Below, one piece after another: positions 15,945 to 30,433 of a stretch of 64,000 nucleotides of DNA; the stretch's first letter is position 1; each line of letters starts with the position of its first letter. Below the pieces are notes generated by a model. It worked only from the letters and a program-made list of their open reading frames with translations, had not been told where the DNA came from and did no database searches. Source of the DNA: the human T2T-CHM13v2.0 reference genome, Homo sapiens; NCBI RefSeq assembly GCF_009914755.1, contig NC_060926.1; one strand, 5' to 3'. The position numbers and the translations under genes are program-made.

Positions 15945-17552
15945 GAAGTCCTTTATTTCTTTATTGATCTTATCTTATATCTGGTGGTCCTATCCATTAT
16001 TGAAAGTGGGCTATTGAAATCTCCTACTATTACTGTGTTGATATGTATTTATCCCTTCAATTCTGTCAATGTTTGCTTCACATATTTAAGAGCTCTGATA
16101 TTTAGTGCATAAATATTTATAATTACTATATCATCCTGGTGAATTGACCCTTTAATCATTATATAGTATCCTTCTTAGTCTCTTGTGACAGTTTTTGACT
16201 TAAAGTCTATTCTGCCTCATATTAGTATAGATATCCCTGCTGTCTTTTGGTTATTGTCTGCATAGCATATCTTTTTTCATCCTTCAAGTTCAGCCTTTAT
16301 GTGGTGTTAGATCTAAAGTGCTTCTATGCAGCATATCACTGGATCCTATTTTTATTTTTTTTATCCATTTAGCCAATATGTCTTTTGGCTGAGGGGTTTA
16401 ATTGCCTCACTTTAAAGTAATTACCGATATGGAAGGATTTTCTGTTGCCATTTTGTTACCTGTTTCCTGTATATCTTGTGGCTTTTTGGACCCTCATTCT
16501 TCTGTTACTGTCTGTCTTTGACTCCCTTCTTTGTCCTTTTGTGTGCATTGTATGGATATTTTGTGGTTACCACTGCAATTGCAGAAAGTATCTTAAAGTT
16601 ATAACAAATCTATTTTAGGCTAATAACTTAATTTCAATTGCATACACAAATTCTCCTTTACAGCTGCCATTTCCCCCCTTATGTTATTGTCATAAATTAC
16701 CTGTTATATATATTGTGTACCAATTAACATAGATTTATAATTGTGTGTGTCTGTGATTTACTCATTTAGACTTGTATATACAAGAATTAAAAGTGGATTT
16801 ATGCACTAGAATTACAATATAGGATTCTATATTTATTTAAATGTTTATCATTAGTGGAGAACTTTATAATTTCATATTACTATGTTGGTGCCTACCATCC
16901 TTTGTTTAATTTGAGGAACTCTCCTTAGTATTTATTGTCTAGTAACATTGACTAAACAGCTTTTGTTTATCTGGAAAGGTCTTCATTTCTTCTTCATTTC
17001 TGAAGGACAGTTTTGCTGGATACAGTATTCTTAGTTGATTTTTTTTTCTTTTAGCACTTTAATCATCCCATTTCTTTTTAGCCTTCAAGGTTTCTATTGA
17101 GAAATCTGCTGATAACCTTAGTTGGCTCACTTGTACGTGATGAGTTGTTTTTCTCTGGCTGGTTTCAAGATTCTTCCTTTGACTCATAACAGTTTGATTA
17201 TAATGTGTCTTGGTATGGGTCTCTTCAGGTTTATCATAGTTGGAGTTCATTGAGTTTTGAGTTTGTAGGTCCATTTCTTTTATCAGCCTTGGGAAGTCTG
17301 TAGCCACTGTTTGTTCAAATAAGCTCTTTGTCCCTTTCTCTTTCTTTCCTCCTTTTGAGACTCCTATACTACATATATTATTCTGCTCAGGTTCTGTTAA
17401 TTTATCTTCATTTTTTTTCTTTTTTCTCCTCAGTCTCAATAATTCCAAATGTGCTAACTTCAAGAACACTGATTCTTCTGCTTGCTTAAGTCTGCCATTG
17501 AACCCCTCTAGTGAATTATTTAGTTCACTTATATTTTTCAGGTCCACAGTTT

Positions 17553-17687
17553 ATTTTTGTTTTTTTTTCAAGAGACAGGGTCTTGCTATGTTGCCCAGGC
17601 TAGTCTTGAACTCCTGAGCTCAAGCAATCCTCCCTTCTCAGCCTCCCAAAGTGCTAGGATCAGAGGCTTGAGCCATCATGCCTGGCT
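17553..17687 (-). mobile_element. Alu monomer (FLAM-like)
   Basis: Single left-arm-type monomer with T-tail. Confidence 0.85.
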
Positions 17688-19014
17688 TTATAATTTTTTG
17701 AAAATAGTTTCTCTTTGTTGATATTCTTATTTTGTTCATGCATTGTCTTCCTGATTTCTGTGCAGTTCTGTGTTCTCTTGTAGGTCTTGATCATCTTTAT
17801 GAGAGTTATTATAAATTCTTTTTTAGGAAGCTTACAGATCTGCATTTCTTTAAGGCAAATTTCTGGAGCTTAATTTTGTTCCTTTGGTCAGGCCATGGTC
17901 CCGTTTCTTTGTATGCCTTGTCGTCTTTTGTTGGGATTTGAGCATTTGAAGAAACAGCCACCTTTCTCAATCTTTATGAACTACTTTTACTTAGGGGAAA
18001 ACTGTGACCAGTCAGGCTGGCTAGAGGTTCTAAGACCTCTCAGATTTTTCCTGGGGATGCGTTTTCTTTGGGGTTGTATGTTTACTTTTAGTGTATCTGG
18101 GTGCTTCTGACTGTCTTCTTTCCTGTGTCTTCGCGGGAGCCGTTTCTGTTGTAGTCCTCTGCCCTTAATCTCTTGCTCCCCCTAGAGCCTGCCTGCAGAA
18201 CCGCAGAGTCTCTCCTGTCTAACATGCTAAGGCATTAACCTCTGTTTTCAGTGGCCTCTAATCTTGTACCCAAACTATGCAAACTGTCATTCTCATCAGT
18301 TCCCTGAGCAAAGCACTGCAACCCACAAACAAGTTAGCATGCTGGACTTAAGTTTCACTCTATTTCTTCTGTTCCAAGGGAGGGGTCAGGCAAGCAAAAT
18401 GCAATGAACTCTCTTACCCTCTCAGGCACCATCCATTCTCTTGTTTTTGCACTTGCCTGAGTCCTGTAGTCCATTAACTAATTTCTAGATTTATCACAAA
18501 GCTATTTTTATGTATATGTTACAGGTGATTTGTCTCCATAGAAAAATGAGGGCCTGGAGCTTCCTAATCTGCCATCTTGCTAATGTCACTTATGTATATT
18601 ATTTCCACAGTGTGTATATAGATCTACATAGATATATATATTTGAAAACTGCAGCAGGTGAGGACTAAATGCTTTTTCCTTGACAGACAAAACATTGTAC
18701 TTATTCTCACCTTGAGTCCTTTTCCCAATCCTTACTGTTATTGAATTTCTTTTTATATTCCATTAGAAGATACATATAGCATATGGACTGTCTCCTCCCA
18801 AAACTTTCTGTAATACATTCTGCTTGGATATGCTAGTACTATTTTAAGGATGAAAAGTGTAGTAGGTCCTTCTATTAACATACTTATTTTCCAGAATATC
18901 ACTACATGGATCAATTGTACTCTTTGCTATTCAGTAAGATAAAATGAAAATGTATCTCTACCAGTAAATGGAGTTCTTAGATGGTTTCATTTTCAAATGT
19001 GAAAATTAGGTTTC

Positions 19015-19130
19015 ATTGTTCATTCTTAAAAGCAAACATTTATTGAAGGTCTATTTTGTGCAGATATCTTTACTGATTGGGGGATATAAAGATGAAGCAG
19101 ACATAATCCCATCCTTAATGAGCTTACAGT
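19015..19130 (-). mobile_element. L2 3' fragment
   Basis: caaacatttattgaaggtctattttgtgc...gggatataaagatgaa...ccttaatgagcttacagt is the typical L2 3' end pattern. Confidence 0.6.
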
Positions 19131-19199
19131 GTGATAACAGGGTGGGGAGAGGGGGCAGAAAAAAATAAACAAATAGTGACAACATAGAAGTAGAGAAGA

Positions 19200-19505
19200 G
19201 GCCGGGTGCTGTGGCTCACGCCCATAATCCCAGCAGTTTGGGAGGCTGAGGCGGGCGGATTGCTTGAGCCAAGCAGTTCAAGACCAGCTTGGGCAACATG
19301 GCAAAACCCCATCTCTTAAAAAAAAGAAATACAAAAACTAGCCAAGCATGGTGGCAGACACATGTACTCCCAGCTACTTGGGAGGCTGAATGGGAGGAGC
19401 ACCTGACCTGGGGAGGTTGAGGGCTGCAGTGAGCCGTGATCATGCCACTGCACTCCAGCCTGGGTGACAGGGTGAGACCTTGTCTCAAAAAAAAAAAAAA
19501 AAAAA
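19200..19505 (+). mobile_element. AluJ
   Basis: Full dimer, poly-A, TSD aagtagag(a/g)aga. Confidence 0.92.
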
Positions 19506-20163
19506 GTAGAGGAGAAAAGTTTTTAGAAGATGCTAAAGGACATATTTTGGGTCCTTTATATTTGTAAATATGTTTAAATTGTGTTTTCCTCAATATAAAA
19601 TGAAAGTAAGATCCATAGTGGCAGCAACTTAATATGGTTATAACTTTTAGAAAGGACACCAAGAGTTAGAAAAAAAATTTATATTAACTATTTTAAATCT
19701 GATAGTCTTAGATTACAGCTATAATATGTGATTATATTTTTGAAATATAATACTGAGTGTACTCAATTCCAGGAAAGGTTCTAGATGTGACTAGTACTTT
19801 GGTACCACCTACTAAACAAAGCTTAATGTCTTAAACTAATGAACTACAAAGAAGCAGAATTTTGGTGGGGGTGGGGTACAGGATGGGATAGGGAGTGATT
19901 ATAGCCTGAATGACCTATTACTTTATAATCACCTTTGTGTTCAGTTTATGGAAAGGTTAAGTGTTTGGTCTGAAAGATCCTGAATTGGGTAAATTTGAAT
20001 TATTGCTCGGAAGCATGAATTACCTAGAATTTTGCTTTGTCTTCCTAGAACACAGATTTTAGACTGGGAGTCCATGTGCCAAATTCAGTTTATAGATGTT
20101 TGATCTACAGTATTTAACAACTATTTTGAATTATTTACCAACACTTAAAAATTGGGACATTTA

Positions 20164-20520
<357 letters not shown>

Positions 20521-20756
20521 TCATAAAAAAATGGAGGGATTTAGCATAAAAATCCAGTGTTCAGGCTTTTTGAAAACTCAGATTTTGCAGTATTTGGCCT
20601 CCAATTCCTAAGAGCCACAGTCTCCTTAATCAGAATGGCTACTGCCCACTTTAGTGGGGCAGGCACACTCCACTTCATCCCAGTCCCCATTAAACTCTAT
20701 TATTTCTATGACATCAAGGCTGAATATCTGTTCTACTTATCAGGCTTATACTTCTA

Positions 20757-21084
20757 AAGGCATCAAACTATAGATCACATGGGCCAAATGCAGCCCTACA
20801 TCTGTTTTTTTTATGGCCCACAATCTAAGAATGGTTTTTATATTTTCAAATGGTTGAAAAAATACAAGAAAGATATATTTTTAGATGTGAAAATTATATG
20901 AAATTCAAATTTCAGTGTCCAAATAAAGTTTTATTGGAGCATAGCCATGCTTGTTTGTTTACATATTGTCTAAGGCTGCTTTTGTACTATAGTGTCGGAG
21001 TTGAGTAGTTGAGATAGAGGCCATATGACTTGAGAAGCCTAAACTAGTTACTATCTGGCCCTTTAAAAAATTTGCTCAGCCTTG
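20757..21084 (-). mobile_element. MER58B-like hAT MITE
   Basis: MER58 core plus the B-type extension ctaagaatggttttta...gaaattcaaatttcagtgtcc. Confidence 0.78.
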
Positions 21085-21249
21085 ATGCAGAACAAAAGGA
21101 AAAGCTCTCCTTACCCCCCTTTAAATTTTTTCCTTTTCTTGTCTCTTTCACTGTTTTTTTGCTATCCTATCTTAACATGTTCCTTTAGATCCAGGCTAGA
21201 ATTACCTTATCAAATTCCATTTCACAGCAAGAATGAAAACAGTGAAAAA

Positions 21250-21400
21250 CTCAGGAGACCAGGGTTCTGATCTCTGTGTTTAACTATCTGTGATCTTAGA
21301 CAAGTCATTTAATCTCTCTGAGCTTCTATTTCCTCATTTGTTCAACAAAAGTGCTAAATTAGATCATCTCTAAAATATTTCTTACTTTCAATTCCATGAA
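21250..21400 (+). mobile_element. MIR
   Basis: MIR core tgtgatcttagacaagtcatttaatctctctgagcttc...ttcctcatttgt. Confidence 0.75.
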
Positions 21401-21519
21401 GTAGACAAAAAAGAAAGAAGAGATAAGCTGGGTGAAAAAAAATGTAAAGGACAAAGACTAAAGAATGATTGGGAGACTCCTGGTTGCTAGGTAGGTAGGA
21501 TAGAATAATAATTGCCACC

Positions 21520-21725
21520 TTTATTCAGTTAGCCCATTTGCATATATTATCTCTAATTCTCATAATGACCCTTTAAGGTAGGTATCATTACCCCATTTGC
21601 AGATACAGAAACTGAGGGTCAAAGAGGTTAATTGGCTTGCTCTAAACCAATATCTATTAAGTGGCAGAAGAATCAAGGTTCATACCTGAAATGTCTGGCA
21701 CAAAGCCAGTGCTCTTCCATTTCAA
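21520..21725 (-). mobile_element. MIR
   Basis: ccccatttgcagatacagaaactgagggtcaaagaggttaa, the reverse MIR core. Confidence 0.75.
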
Positions 21726-22543
21726 CAAACTGCTGAAGTCAAAAGAAGAGAAGTGAGCTAAGAGAACTTATTGCTGTTATACATTTGTCTTCTGAAATAA
21801 ATGGCACTGTTTCTCTGGTGATCTTATACATTATTTTTTAAACCTATCTATTCTTTTGTTGGCTTTGTGCCTTCAAAGGAGATATCCTTTCCAGTCTAAA
21901 ATCTCCAAAGGATTTTCAAGGTAAAACACTTTTCAAGATGTTCAATCACATGGAAGAATGAAAATCTTTTATAATATTGTTTGTTAAACTGACAGCTCTA
22001 CTTAACAGAAACCATTAAAATATTTACAAAGTAGCAGCTGCTCTTGTAAAAAAATACAGCTTTTTGGAGGCATAAAAATAAACTAGTTGATAAGTACAAG
22101 ATAAGCCATTTGGTGACTTCTTTATGTACATTGCACAATATATGGAAAATTCTGATATTTACACAGCAATTATACTACAAAGCCTTTTAAGTTAAAAGGA
22201 CACAGGCTGAGTAAGAACTGAACTGTTTACAAGAATTTTCCATACTGATCTTGGAAACAATTTACGGAACCCCCAAACATAATCCTTTAATAAGCTTTAC
22301 ATTTTAGGTGTTTTTTATTTTTTTCCAAAAAAAGCTTTGTCTTTAGAAGATAGTTACATATGAATGAATCTCTATTGAACTCAGTTGCATTTTATATTCT
22401 ACTAGAATTACAGCCAAGTTTCTTATATAAATAATCAGAAGTTGTGGAAAATAGATCAAGAGAGCAAACCAACATATGTTAACAAAAATGTTTAAAAGTA
22501 ACTGAACATTTGCATTTTATGCCTTTATCTGTTCATATGACAT

Positions 22544-22757
22544 TATTTATTTATTTAGAAACAAGGCCTTGCTGTGTTTTCCAGGCTGGAGTGCAGTGGC
22601 ATGATCACAGCTCACTGCAACCTCTAACTGCTAGGCTTAAGCAATCCTCCCTAGCTCAGCCTCCTGGGTAGTTGGAAGTACAAGCACGAACCACCATGCC
22701 TGGCTAATTTTTAAATTACTTTTGTAGATATGGGGTCTAACTATGTTGCCTAGGCTA
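22544..22757 (-). mobile_element. Partial AluJ
   Basis: (TTTA)n tail, right arm and start of left arm. Confidence 0.85.
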
Positions 22758-24476
22758 GTAATTTGATATTTTATATATAAGCTAAGTGATTTTTTTTAAA
22801 AAAGTAAACATTAAAAATTTGCATTGTTGGGTAAAATTAATTTTATCAAAATAGAGCAGTCATATGTAACTTTTACAACCCAGGTTTATTCATAAGGAAA
22901 AAAGTTTATATGTACGTGAAGGTGGCTTTTTGCGAAATTTTGAGTTAATGGAAGAATGATACTGGTCATGATCCTTGATAACATGAGCTTGCTGATTTAT
23001 TTAATGACTTCTACTTACTGGTAAGACCATTAGATTGAAAAGAAAGAAAACCTTCTGGTAGTGATTTCTAAATCTGTGATATACTAATAGCTTGAGAAAA
23101 CCACATACTTTCATTTTTAAATATCCCTATAAATTATGGAATTATTACAAACCTTTAAAAATGTTTTGATATTATTTTTTCTACCTTCAAGTTCACTTAG
23201 TTCACACTTTGTTGTCCTTCCAAATACAGTATTTTCCATGCTGCTCTTAAAGAAAATAATATTTTTCCATTTTTTTAGAACTAGAAGAAGGCAAGAGACT
23301 AAGATGATGATGGAGGAAGTGTTAGGATGTTCAATAAGTGTCAGCAGCTTATCAAAAGAAAGAAAGAAAAAAAAATAGTGTTACCTTGACCCAAAAGGGT
23401 GATAACAGGCAACTTATCTTTTAGGGTAAATGTTATGAAGTCCCATACTGTTGGTCTTAGTTACTTCAAAGTGTTGATGTGATCTCTATGGAAGTTATGC
23501 CTTCCTGTGTAAGAAATACCCACATATATATTGTTGACAGTTCTTTTCATTAGAAAAATAAGTAAGCAAAACAGGAAAAATATGCAATTAATGATAATGT
23601 GTTATATTTATGTACAAAAGTTTGTCTTTAACATTGAGTTTTCCCTTCTCATCTTAGAAATCTTTGATATGAGTTGATGTGCCTATATGGAAATAAGTAG
23701 TCATTCTTTGGGGAGATGTAAAGGTATTGAGATTAAAGTATTTTCTAAAAATTTCATTTTCAGTTATCATTACTATGTATTGATTGATACATTGAGTTTC
23801 AGTGTCTATATATTATCAAAGCATATCACAGGAAAAAGTAGATATTTGAACCAGTTTATTCCAGCATAACTTGATAGGAAAAGAAACTTTCTTAAACAAG
23901 ATCAGATTTCAGTTTTCATTGCTTGTTGCAAGTAGAAAATAAAATCAATATCAGGAATCACAAAATCTGTTTATTGTATTTCAGTAGTAATCAGATGGTT
24001 TTTTACATCTAAAATGTACTGGTAGGATACTAGTTATTACTGTTTTTTTAAAATATATTTTCTCAAAAATGTATGGTAATTTTATAGTTAAATATAGGGC
24101 TAGGAAATATATAAACAAGTGACTAGTCTTGATTAAATGACTTAATCTTTACATTTCAGAAATTTTTTCTTTTAGAGTTAATATTTAACTTATTTTGCAC
24201 TTATTCTTTAAATTTTTATTGACTCAAAACCAAGATGACATTTTTATAATTGGTAGAGGAGTCAAAGGCTGATGAGCCTTTTTATTCAGTGTTTCATATA
24301 CGCAAATTTACAAACTGTTCAAATAAACTGTACTGAGTCAGGCAACAATAATTACTGATAATTATGAGATTTATTCTAGACTCTGCCATGTGATCTTAAG
24401 CAGGTCACGTAATCTCTCAGATTGTTGGAAGTGGCATTTAGAAGTGGGCATCTTACATATTATTGGTAAATCAATA

Positions 24477-26537
24477 CAGTTTACCCTTGACAACATGGGT
24501 TTGAACTGCATGGGTCCACTTATACATGGATTTTTTTTTGAGACAGGGTCTCATTCTGGCATCCAGGCTGGAGTGCAGTGATCACAGATCACTGCAGCCT
24601 CAAACTCCTGGGCTTAAGTGATCCTCCTGCCTCAGCCTCCCAAAGGGTTATAGGCGTGAGCCACCATGCCAGGACAGACATAGATTTTTTCAACAAATAT
24701 ATTAAAAAAAAGTTTTTGGAGGTTTGTGACAATTTGAAAAAACTCACAGATGAACCACGTAGGCTAAAAATATCCAAAAAAATTAAGAAAAGGATATTTC
24801 ATGAATTCAAAAAAACATGTAGATACTAGTCTAAGATAAATACAATCTGTTATAAAAAGTTAAAATTTATCAAAATGTATACACACACTTATAGACCATA
24901 CATGGAACCATTCAATCAAAAGAAATGTTAACAAATATAAAGATTGAACATTAAGTCATAATAGCATCAAATTAACTGTAGTACACATAATGTACTACTG
25001 TAATAATTGTATAGCCACCTCCTGTTGCTACTGTGGTGGATTTGAGGTTTTTGAGTATCTGCTTAAAATGCTGCATGATGCTAATCATCTATGCATGAGC
25101 AGTTTGTCTCTTAAGTAAATTGTGTATCATAGTAAAAAGTGATCTTTTGTGATTCTTGTGTATTTTTCATTATATTTAGTGCAATACCAGAAACCTTGAA
25201 TAACACTATCAGTTCCCTGTGAAGTGCCACTAGTGATGCTGGAATTTCTGCCAAGAAGCAGAGAAAAGTCCTGACGTTACAAGAAAATGTTGAATAATGT
25301 TGAATTGCTTGATATGTACAATGGACTGGGGATCTGCAGCTGTGGTTGCTCACCATTTCAAGATAAATGAATCCAGCATGAGGACCATTCTAAAAAAGGA
25401 AAAGGAAATTCATGAAGCTGTCACTGAAGCTATGCCAGCAGGTGCTAAAATCTTGCACTTTTTGCAAAATACCCTTTTATCTTGTTTTGAAAATACAGCT
25501 TTCATGTGGGTACAGGATTCCTATGAGAAAGACATATCCATAGACTATAATGATTTGAGAAAATGTGAAGTCATTATATGACAACTTAAAGCAAAAGGAA
25601 GGTGAAGGATCTAAAGCTGGAGAATTTAATGCCAGCAAAGGATGGTCTGATAATTTTAGACAGGTGTTTGGCTTTAAAAATATCAAGATAACAAGAGAAG
25701 CAGCTTCTGCTGACCAAGAAGCAGCAGACAAGTTCTCAGCCACCATTAAGAAAATCATTGAGAAGAAAGGATATCTACCTGAGGTGTTTAATGTAGACAA
25801 AAGTGCTTGACTCTTGGGGAAAAAAATGCCACAAAGGACATTTATTAGTAAGGAAGACATGAGTGCCTCCGACTATGAGTAGTCAGACCATGAGGAAGAA
25901 GACATAGAAGAACCAGTGCCAGAAAACAAATTGACAGACAATCTGGCAGAAGGGTTCTGACTGTTCAAGACTGCTTTTGACTACTTCTGACACAGACCCT
26001 TCTATGAAACAAGCACTGAAACTAAAGCAAACAATGGAAGAAGGATTGGTACAATACAGAAACATTGTTAGAGAAATGAAAAAGAAATAAACAAATTATG
26101 ATGTATTTCCATAAAGTTACACCAAGTATGCCTACCTCTCTCTTGCCTCTCCTTCAACCTCCTTCATGTATTCTGCCTCTGCCACCCCAAGACAGCAATA
26201 CCCACCCCTCCTCTTCCTCCTTCTCAGCCTACTCAACACAAAGACAACACGGATGAAGACCTTTATGATAATTCACTTTCATTTAATGGTAAATGTATTT
26301 TCCCTTCCTTATGATTTTTATAATAAAATTTTCTTTTTTTCTAGCTTACTCTATTGTAAGAAGATAGTATATAATATAACATAAAACATATGTTAATTGA
26401 TTGCTTATGCTATTGGTAATGCTTCCAATCAACAGTTGGCTACTAGTAGTTAAGCTTTGGTAAAGTCAGAAGTTATACATGTATTTTCTACTTCATGGGG
26501 GTGCCCCTAAACCCCCACCTTGTTCAAGGGTTAGTTG
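24477..26537 (+). mobile_element. Tigger2-like TcMar DNA transposon, internally deleted
   Basis: TA-flanked TIRs (cagtttacccttgacaaca ... tgttcaagggttagttg); broken CENP-B HTH transposase (ORFs 25297-25581 and 25565-25810, EFNASKGWSDNF...VFNVDKS); most of the DDE domain is missing after ~25860. Confidence 0.88.
24531..24672 (-). mobile_element. Alu monomer (FRAM-like or collapsed AluJ) inside Tigger2
   Basis: One monomer length; TSD acat(g/a)gattttt. Confidence 0.82.
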
Positions 26538-26859
26538 TACTTTTAAAAGGGCAATTTGGCAGTATTAATAAGAATAAAAATAAAAATATTCATACTCTTT
26601 GGCCTAGAAAGCCTACCTATTGAAGTACATCCTGTAAAAAACATCAATAGAATGAGCATGAAGATATGTATAAGGGTACTTATGGAAGCTTGTGATTAAA
26701 CATACATTATTTATTATGGAAATTTCAACATATCTGAAACTAGCCATTATTTAGCTCCCACTTATAAGTGAGAACATGCAATATTTGTCTTTCTGTGTTT
26801 GACTTGTTTCACTTAATATAATGGCCTCCAGTTCTATCCATGTTGCTGCAAGACCTCCT

Positions 26860-27056
26860 TTTCTACCACATCTTACCTAGCCAAAGAAAGTTCTCTGGAT
26901 CATTTAATTAGATTGGGCCCACCTGGATAATACAGAATAATTTCTCTGTAATCTTAGTTAAATCTGCAAAGTCCCTTTTGCCATGTAACGTAGCATATTG
27001 ACAGGTTCTAGGGATTAGAATGTGAACATCTCTCAGGGGAGATATTTTGTCTACTG
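26860..27056 (-). mobile_element. MLT1-type MaLR LTR fragment
   Basis: gggcccacctggataat...atctgcaaagtcccttttgccatgtaacgtagcatatt...gggattaga. Confidence 0.7.
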
Positions 27057-27559
27057 CTCATTTTTAGGAAGGGTTCTCCCATTTACAGGTTATACCAGAG
27101 TTGACCTTTGTTTTCTTCTAGTACTTATATGGTTTCGTTTGTTTACATTTAAATCCCTCATCCTTCTGGAATTTATTATGGTGTGAGGAGTGAATCCAAT
27201 TTTATCATTAAAAAATCTAATACACTTATGGAAATTCCATTTATTAAAAAGCTGAAGTTCATCTTTTCTCCACTGATTTGAACTGCTTTTATCATACACT
27301 AAATTTCCATACAGATTTTCTGCTCATTTCCATTGGGATACCAATATACTCTGGAATTTTAATTAAAGAGTTTTTACAGTATGTTTAAATGTCTATGGGG
27401 CTAGGTTCTTTTTACTATTCTTTTGCAGGATATTCCCAGATTTTTTTTTAATTGGCTTTCCAAATAAATTTTACAATTAACTTGTGGATGCCAGGGAAAA
27501 ACAGTCTGATGGTATTTTTATATGCATAATGTTAAATTTGTAAGTTAACTTTGGGAGGG

Positions 27560-30433
27560 GTGATCCCCTGTGTTGGAGGAAGAGCCTGGTGGGAGGTGAT
27601 TGGATCATGGAGGCAGATTTTGCCCTTGCTGTTCTAGTAATAGTGAGTGAGTTATCAGGAGATCAGATTGTTTGAAAATGTGTGGCACCTTCACCTTCAC
27701 TCTCTTCCTCCTGCTCGCCCTTCAACTTCTGCCATGACTATAAGTTTTCTGAGGCCTCTTAACTTTGTAAATTACCCAGTTTCAGATAGTTCTTTATAGC
27801 AGTGTGAGAAAGGACTAATACAGAAAAGTGGTACTGGGAGAGGGGCATTGCTATAAAGATACCTGAAAATGTAGAAGCAACTTTGGAACTGGGTAGTGGG
27901 CAGAAGTTGGAACAGTTTGGAGGGCTCAGAAGAAGACAGGAAGATGAGGGAAAGTTTGGAGCTTCTTAGAGACTGGTTAAATTGTTGAAGTCCAGGCTAA
28001 GGTGGTCTCAGATGGAGATGGAAACTTACTGGGAACTGGAGTAAAGTCACTCTTGCTATGCTTTAGCAGAGACTGACAGCATTGTGCCCCTGCTCTGGGG
28101 ATCTGTGGAACTTTCAACTTGAGAGTCATGATTTAGGGTATATGGTGGAAGGATTTCTAAGCAGCAAAGCATTCAAGGTTTGGCCCAGCTGCTTCTAACA
28201 ATGTGCGGTCATATGAGTGAGTAGAGATGATCTGAAACTGGAATTTATATTTAAAGGGGAAGCAGAGTGTAAAAGTTTGCAAAATTTGCAGCCTGACCAT
28301 GTGGTAGAAAAGAAAAATCTACTTTCTGGGAGGCTGCAGAAATTTGCATAAGAGGAGCTGAATGTTAGTAAAGACAATAAGGAAAATGCCTCCAAGGCAT
28401 TTCAGAGACCCTTGCAGCAGCCCCTCCTATCACAAGCCTGGAGGCCTAGGAGGGAAGAATAGTTTTGTGGGCAAGGCCCGGGGCCCTGCTGCTCTGTGCC
28501 GCCTCCAGACATGGCACCCTTCATTGTGGCTGTTCCAACTCCAGCCATGGCTAAAATGAGCCAAGGTATAGCTTGGGCCATTGCTTCAGAAGAGTACAAG
28601 CCCTAAGCCTTGGTGGCTTCCATGTGGTGTTAAGCCTGCAGGTGCACAGTGTAAGAGTTGAGGCTTGGGAACGTCAGCCTACATTTCAGAGGATGTATGG
28701 AAACGCCTGGATGTCCAGGCAGAAGTCTGCTGCAGGGGCAGGACCCTCATGGAGAACTTCTACTACAGCAGTGCAGATGGGAACTGTGGGGTTGGAGGCC
28801 CCCCAACCGACCCACAGAGTCCCCACTGGGGCACTGCCTAGTGGAGCTGTGAGAAGTGGGCCATCATCCCCCAGACCCCAGAATGGTAGATACACGAATA
28901 ACTTGTACTGTGCACCTGGAAAAACCACAGGCACTCAACAGCAGCTCATGAAAGCAGCCATGGGAGCTGAGCCCTGCAGAGCCAAAGGGGCAGAGCTGTC
29001 CAAGGCCTTGGGAGCCCACTGCTTGCATCAGCATGTGCTTGATGTGAGACATGGAGTCAAGGGAGATTATTTTGGAGCTTTAAGAGCTAATGACTGCTCT
29101 GGTGGGTTTCAAACTTGCATGGGGCCTGTAGTCCCTTTGTTTTGGCTGATTTATCCCTTTTGGAATGGGTGTATTTATCCAATGCCTGTACCCCCATTGT
29201 ATCTTGGAAGTAACTAGTTTTTGATTTTACAGGTTCATAGGTGGAAGGGACTTGTCTTTTTTAAGATGAGAAAAGGGAAAACTCATGCATTGTTGGTGGG
29301 AATGTAATTTAGTACATCCACTATGGAGAACAGGTTGGAGGTTCCTCAAAAAACTAAAAATAGAGCTACCATATGATTCAACAATCCCACTGCTGGGTAT
29401 CTACTCAAAAGAAGGTATATTAGCCTATCAAAGAGATATCTGCACTCCCATGTTTGTTGCAATGTTGTTCACAGGAGCCAAGACTTGGAAGCAACCTAAG
29501 TGTCCATTAGCAGATGAATGGATAAAGAAAATGTGGTATATATACACAATGGTATACTATTCAGCCATAAAAAAGAATGAGATCCTTTTATCTGCAACAA
29601 CACGGATGGAAGTGGATGAAATAAGCCAGGCACAGAAAGACAAACTTATCATGTTCACTTATTTATGAGAGCTAAAAATTAGAATGATGGAACTCAGAGA
29701 GAATAGAACCCAGAGGAACCCAGAGGCTGGAAAGGGTAGTGGGGGAGAGTGAGGATGTTTATTGGGTACAACAAAATGGAAAGAATGAATAAGACCTAGT
29801 ATTTGCTAGCACAACAGGGTATCTACGGTAAAAAATAATTGTACATTTAAAAATAACTAAAGGAGTATAATTGGATTGTATGTAAGATAGACAGTAGAAG
29901 GATGGTTACTAGAGCTGGGAAGGGTAGTGGGGAGGTGAGGATGAGTTAAGACTTTGGGGGACTGTTAGGAAGGCATGATTGTGTTTTGAAATGTGAGAAG
30001 GACATGAGATATGGGAGGGGCCAGGGGCTAAATGATATGGTTTGGGTCTGTGTCATCACCCAAATCTACCAAATCTAATGTCAAATTGTATTTCCCAATG
30101 TTGGAGGAGGAGCCTGGTGGGAGGTAATTAGATCATGGGGGAGGATTTCCCCCTTGCTGTTCTCATAATAGAGAGTGAGTTCTCATGAGATCTCGATGTT
30201 TAAAAGTGTGTGGCACCTTCACCTTCACCTTCACTCTCTTCCTCCTGCTCCAGACATGTAGGACATGCCTGCTTCCTCTTTGCCTTCCACCATGATTATA
30301 AGTTTCCTGAGGCCTCCCCAGCCATGCTTCCTGTACAGCCTGCAGAACTGTGAGTCAATTAAACCTATTTTCTTTATAAATTACCCAGTCTCAGGAGGTA
30401 GTGCCTTTTAGCAATGTGAGAATGGACAAATAC
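27560..30433 (+). mobile_element. MaLR provirus (MSTA-like): truncated LTR 27560-27822, internal region, LTR 30033-30433
   Basis: Two similar LTRs ending in ...aataca; typical MaLR internal sequence (gcaactttggaactgggta, cccacagagtccccactgggg). Confidence 0.9.
29269..29943 (+). repeat. Inverted copy of the L1MA 3' region at ~32505-33250, inserted in the MaLR internal region
   Basis: Shares private changes with the neighbouring L1 ([12 protein letters not shown], the ggaa.tggatgaaataag deletion, a 3' UTR duplication junction); no poly-A or TSD. Confidence 0.85.

Larger units (their letters stand above)
4510..18590 (-). mobile_element. Near full-length old L1 (L1MB-type 3' end, L1M4-type 5' end), interrupted by nested Alus, an MST LTR and a full-length L1MA
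   Basis: 3' UTR at 4510; ORF2 runs to ~9250 and resumes at ~15945; ORF1 remnant is ORF 17059-17547; the 5' end reads agtgacattagcaagatggcag (rc) at ~18565-18590. Confidence 0.8.

Noticed and set aside
28573-29217. 214-aa ORF
   Set aside because: Lies in the MaLR internal region, a common repeat-derived open frame with no sign of function.
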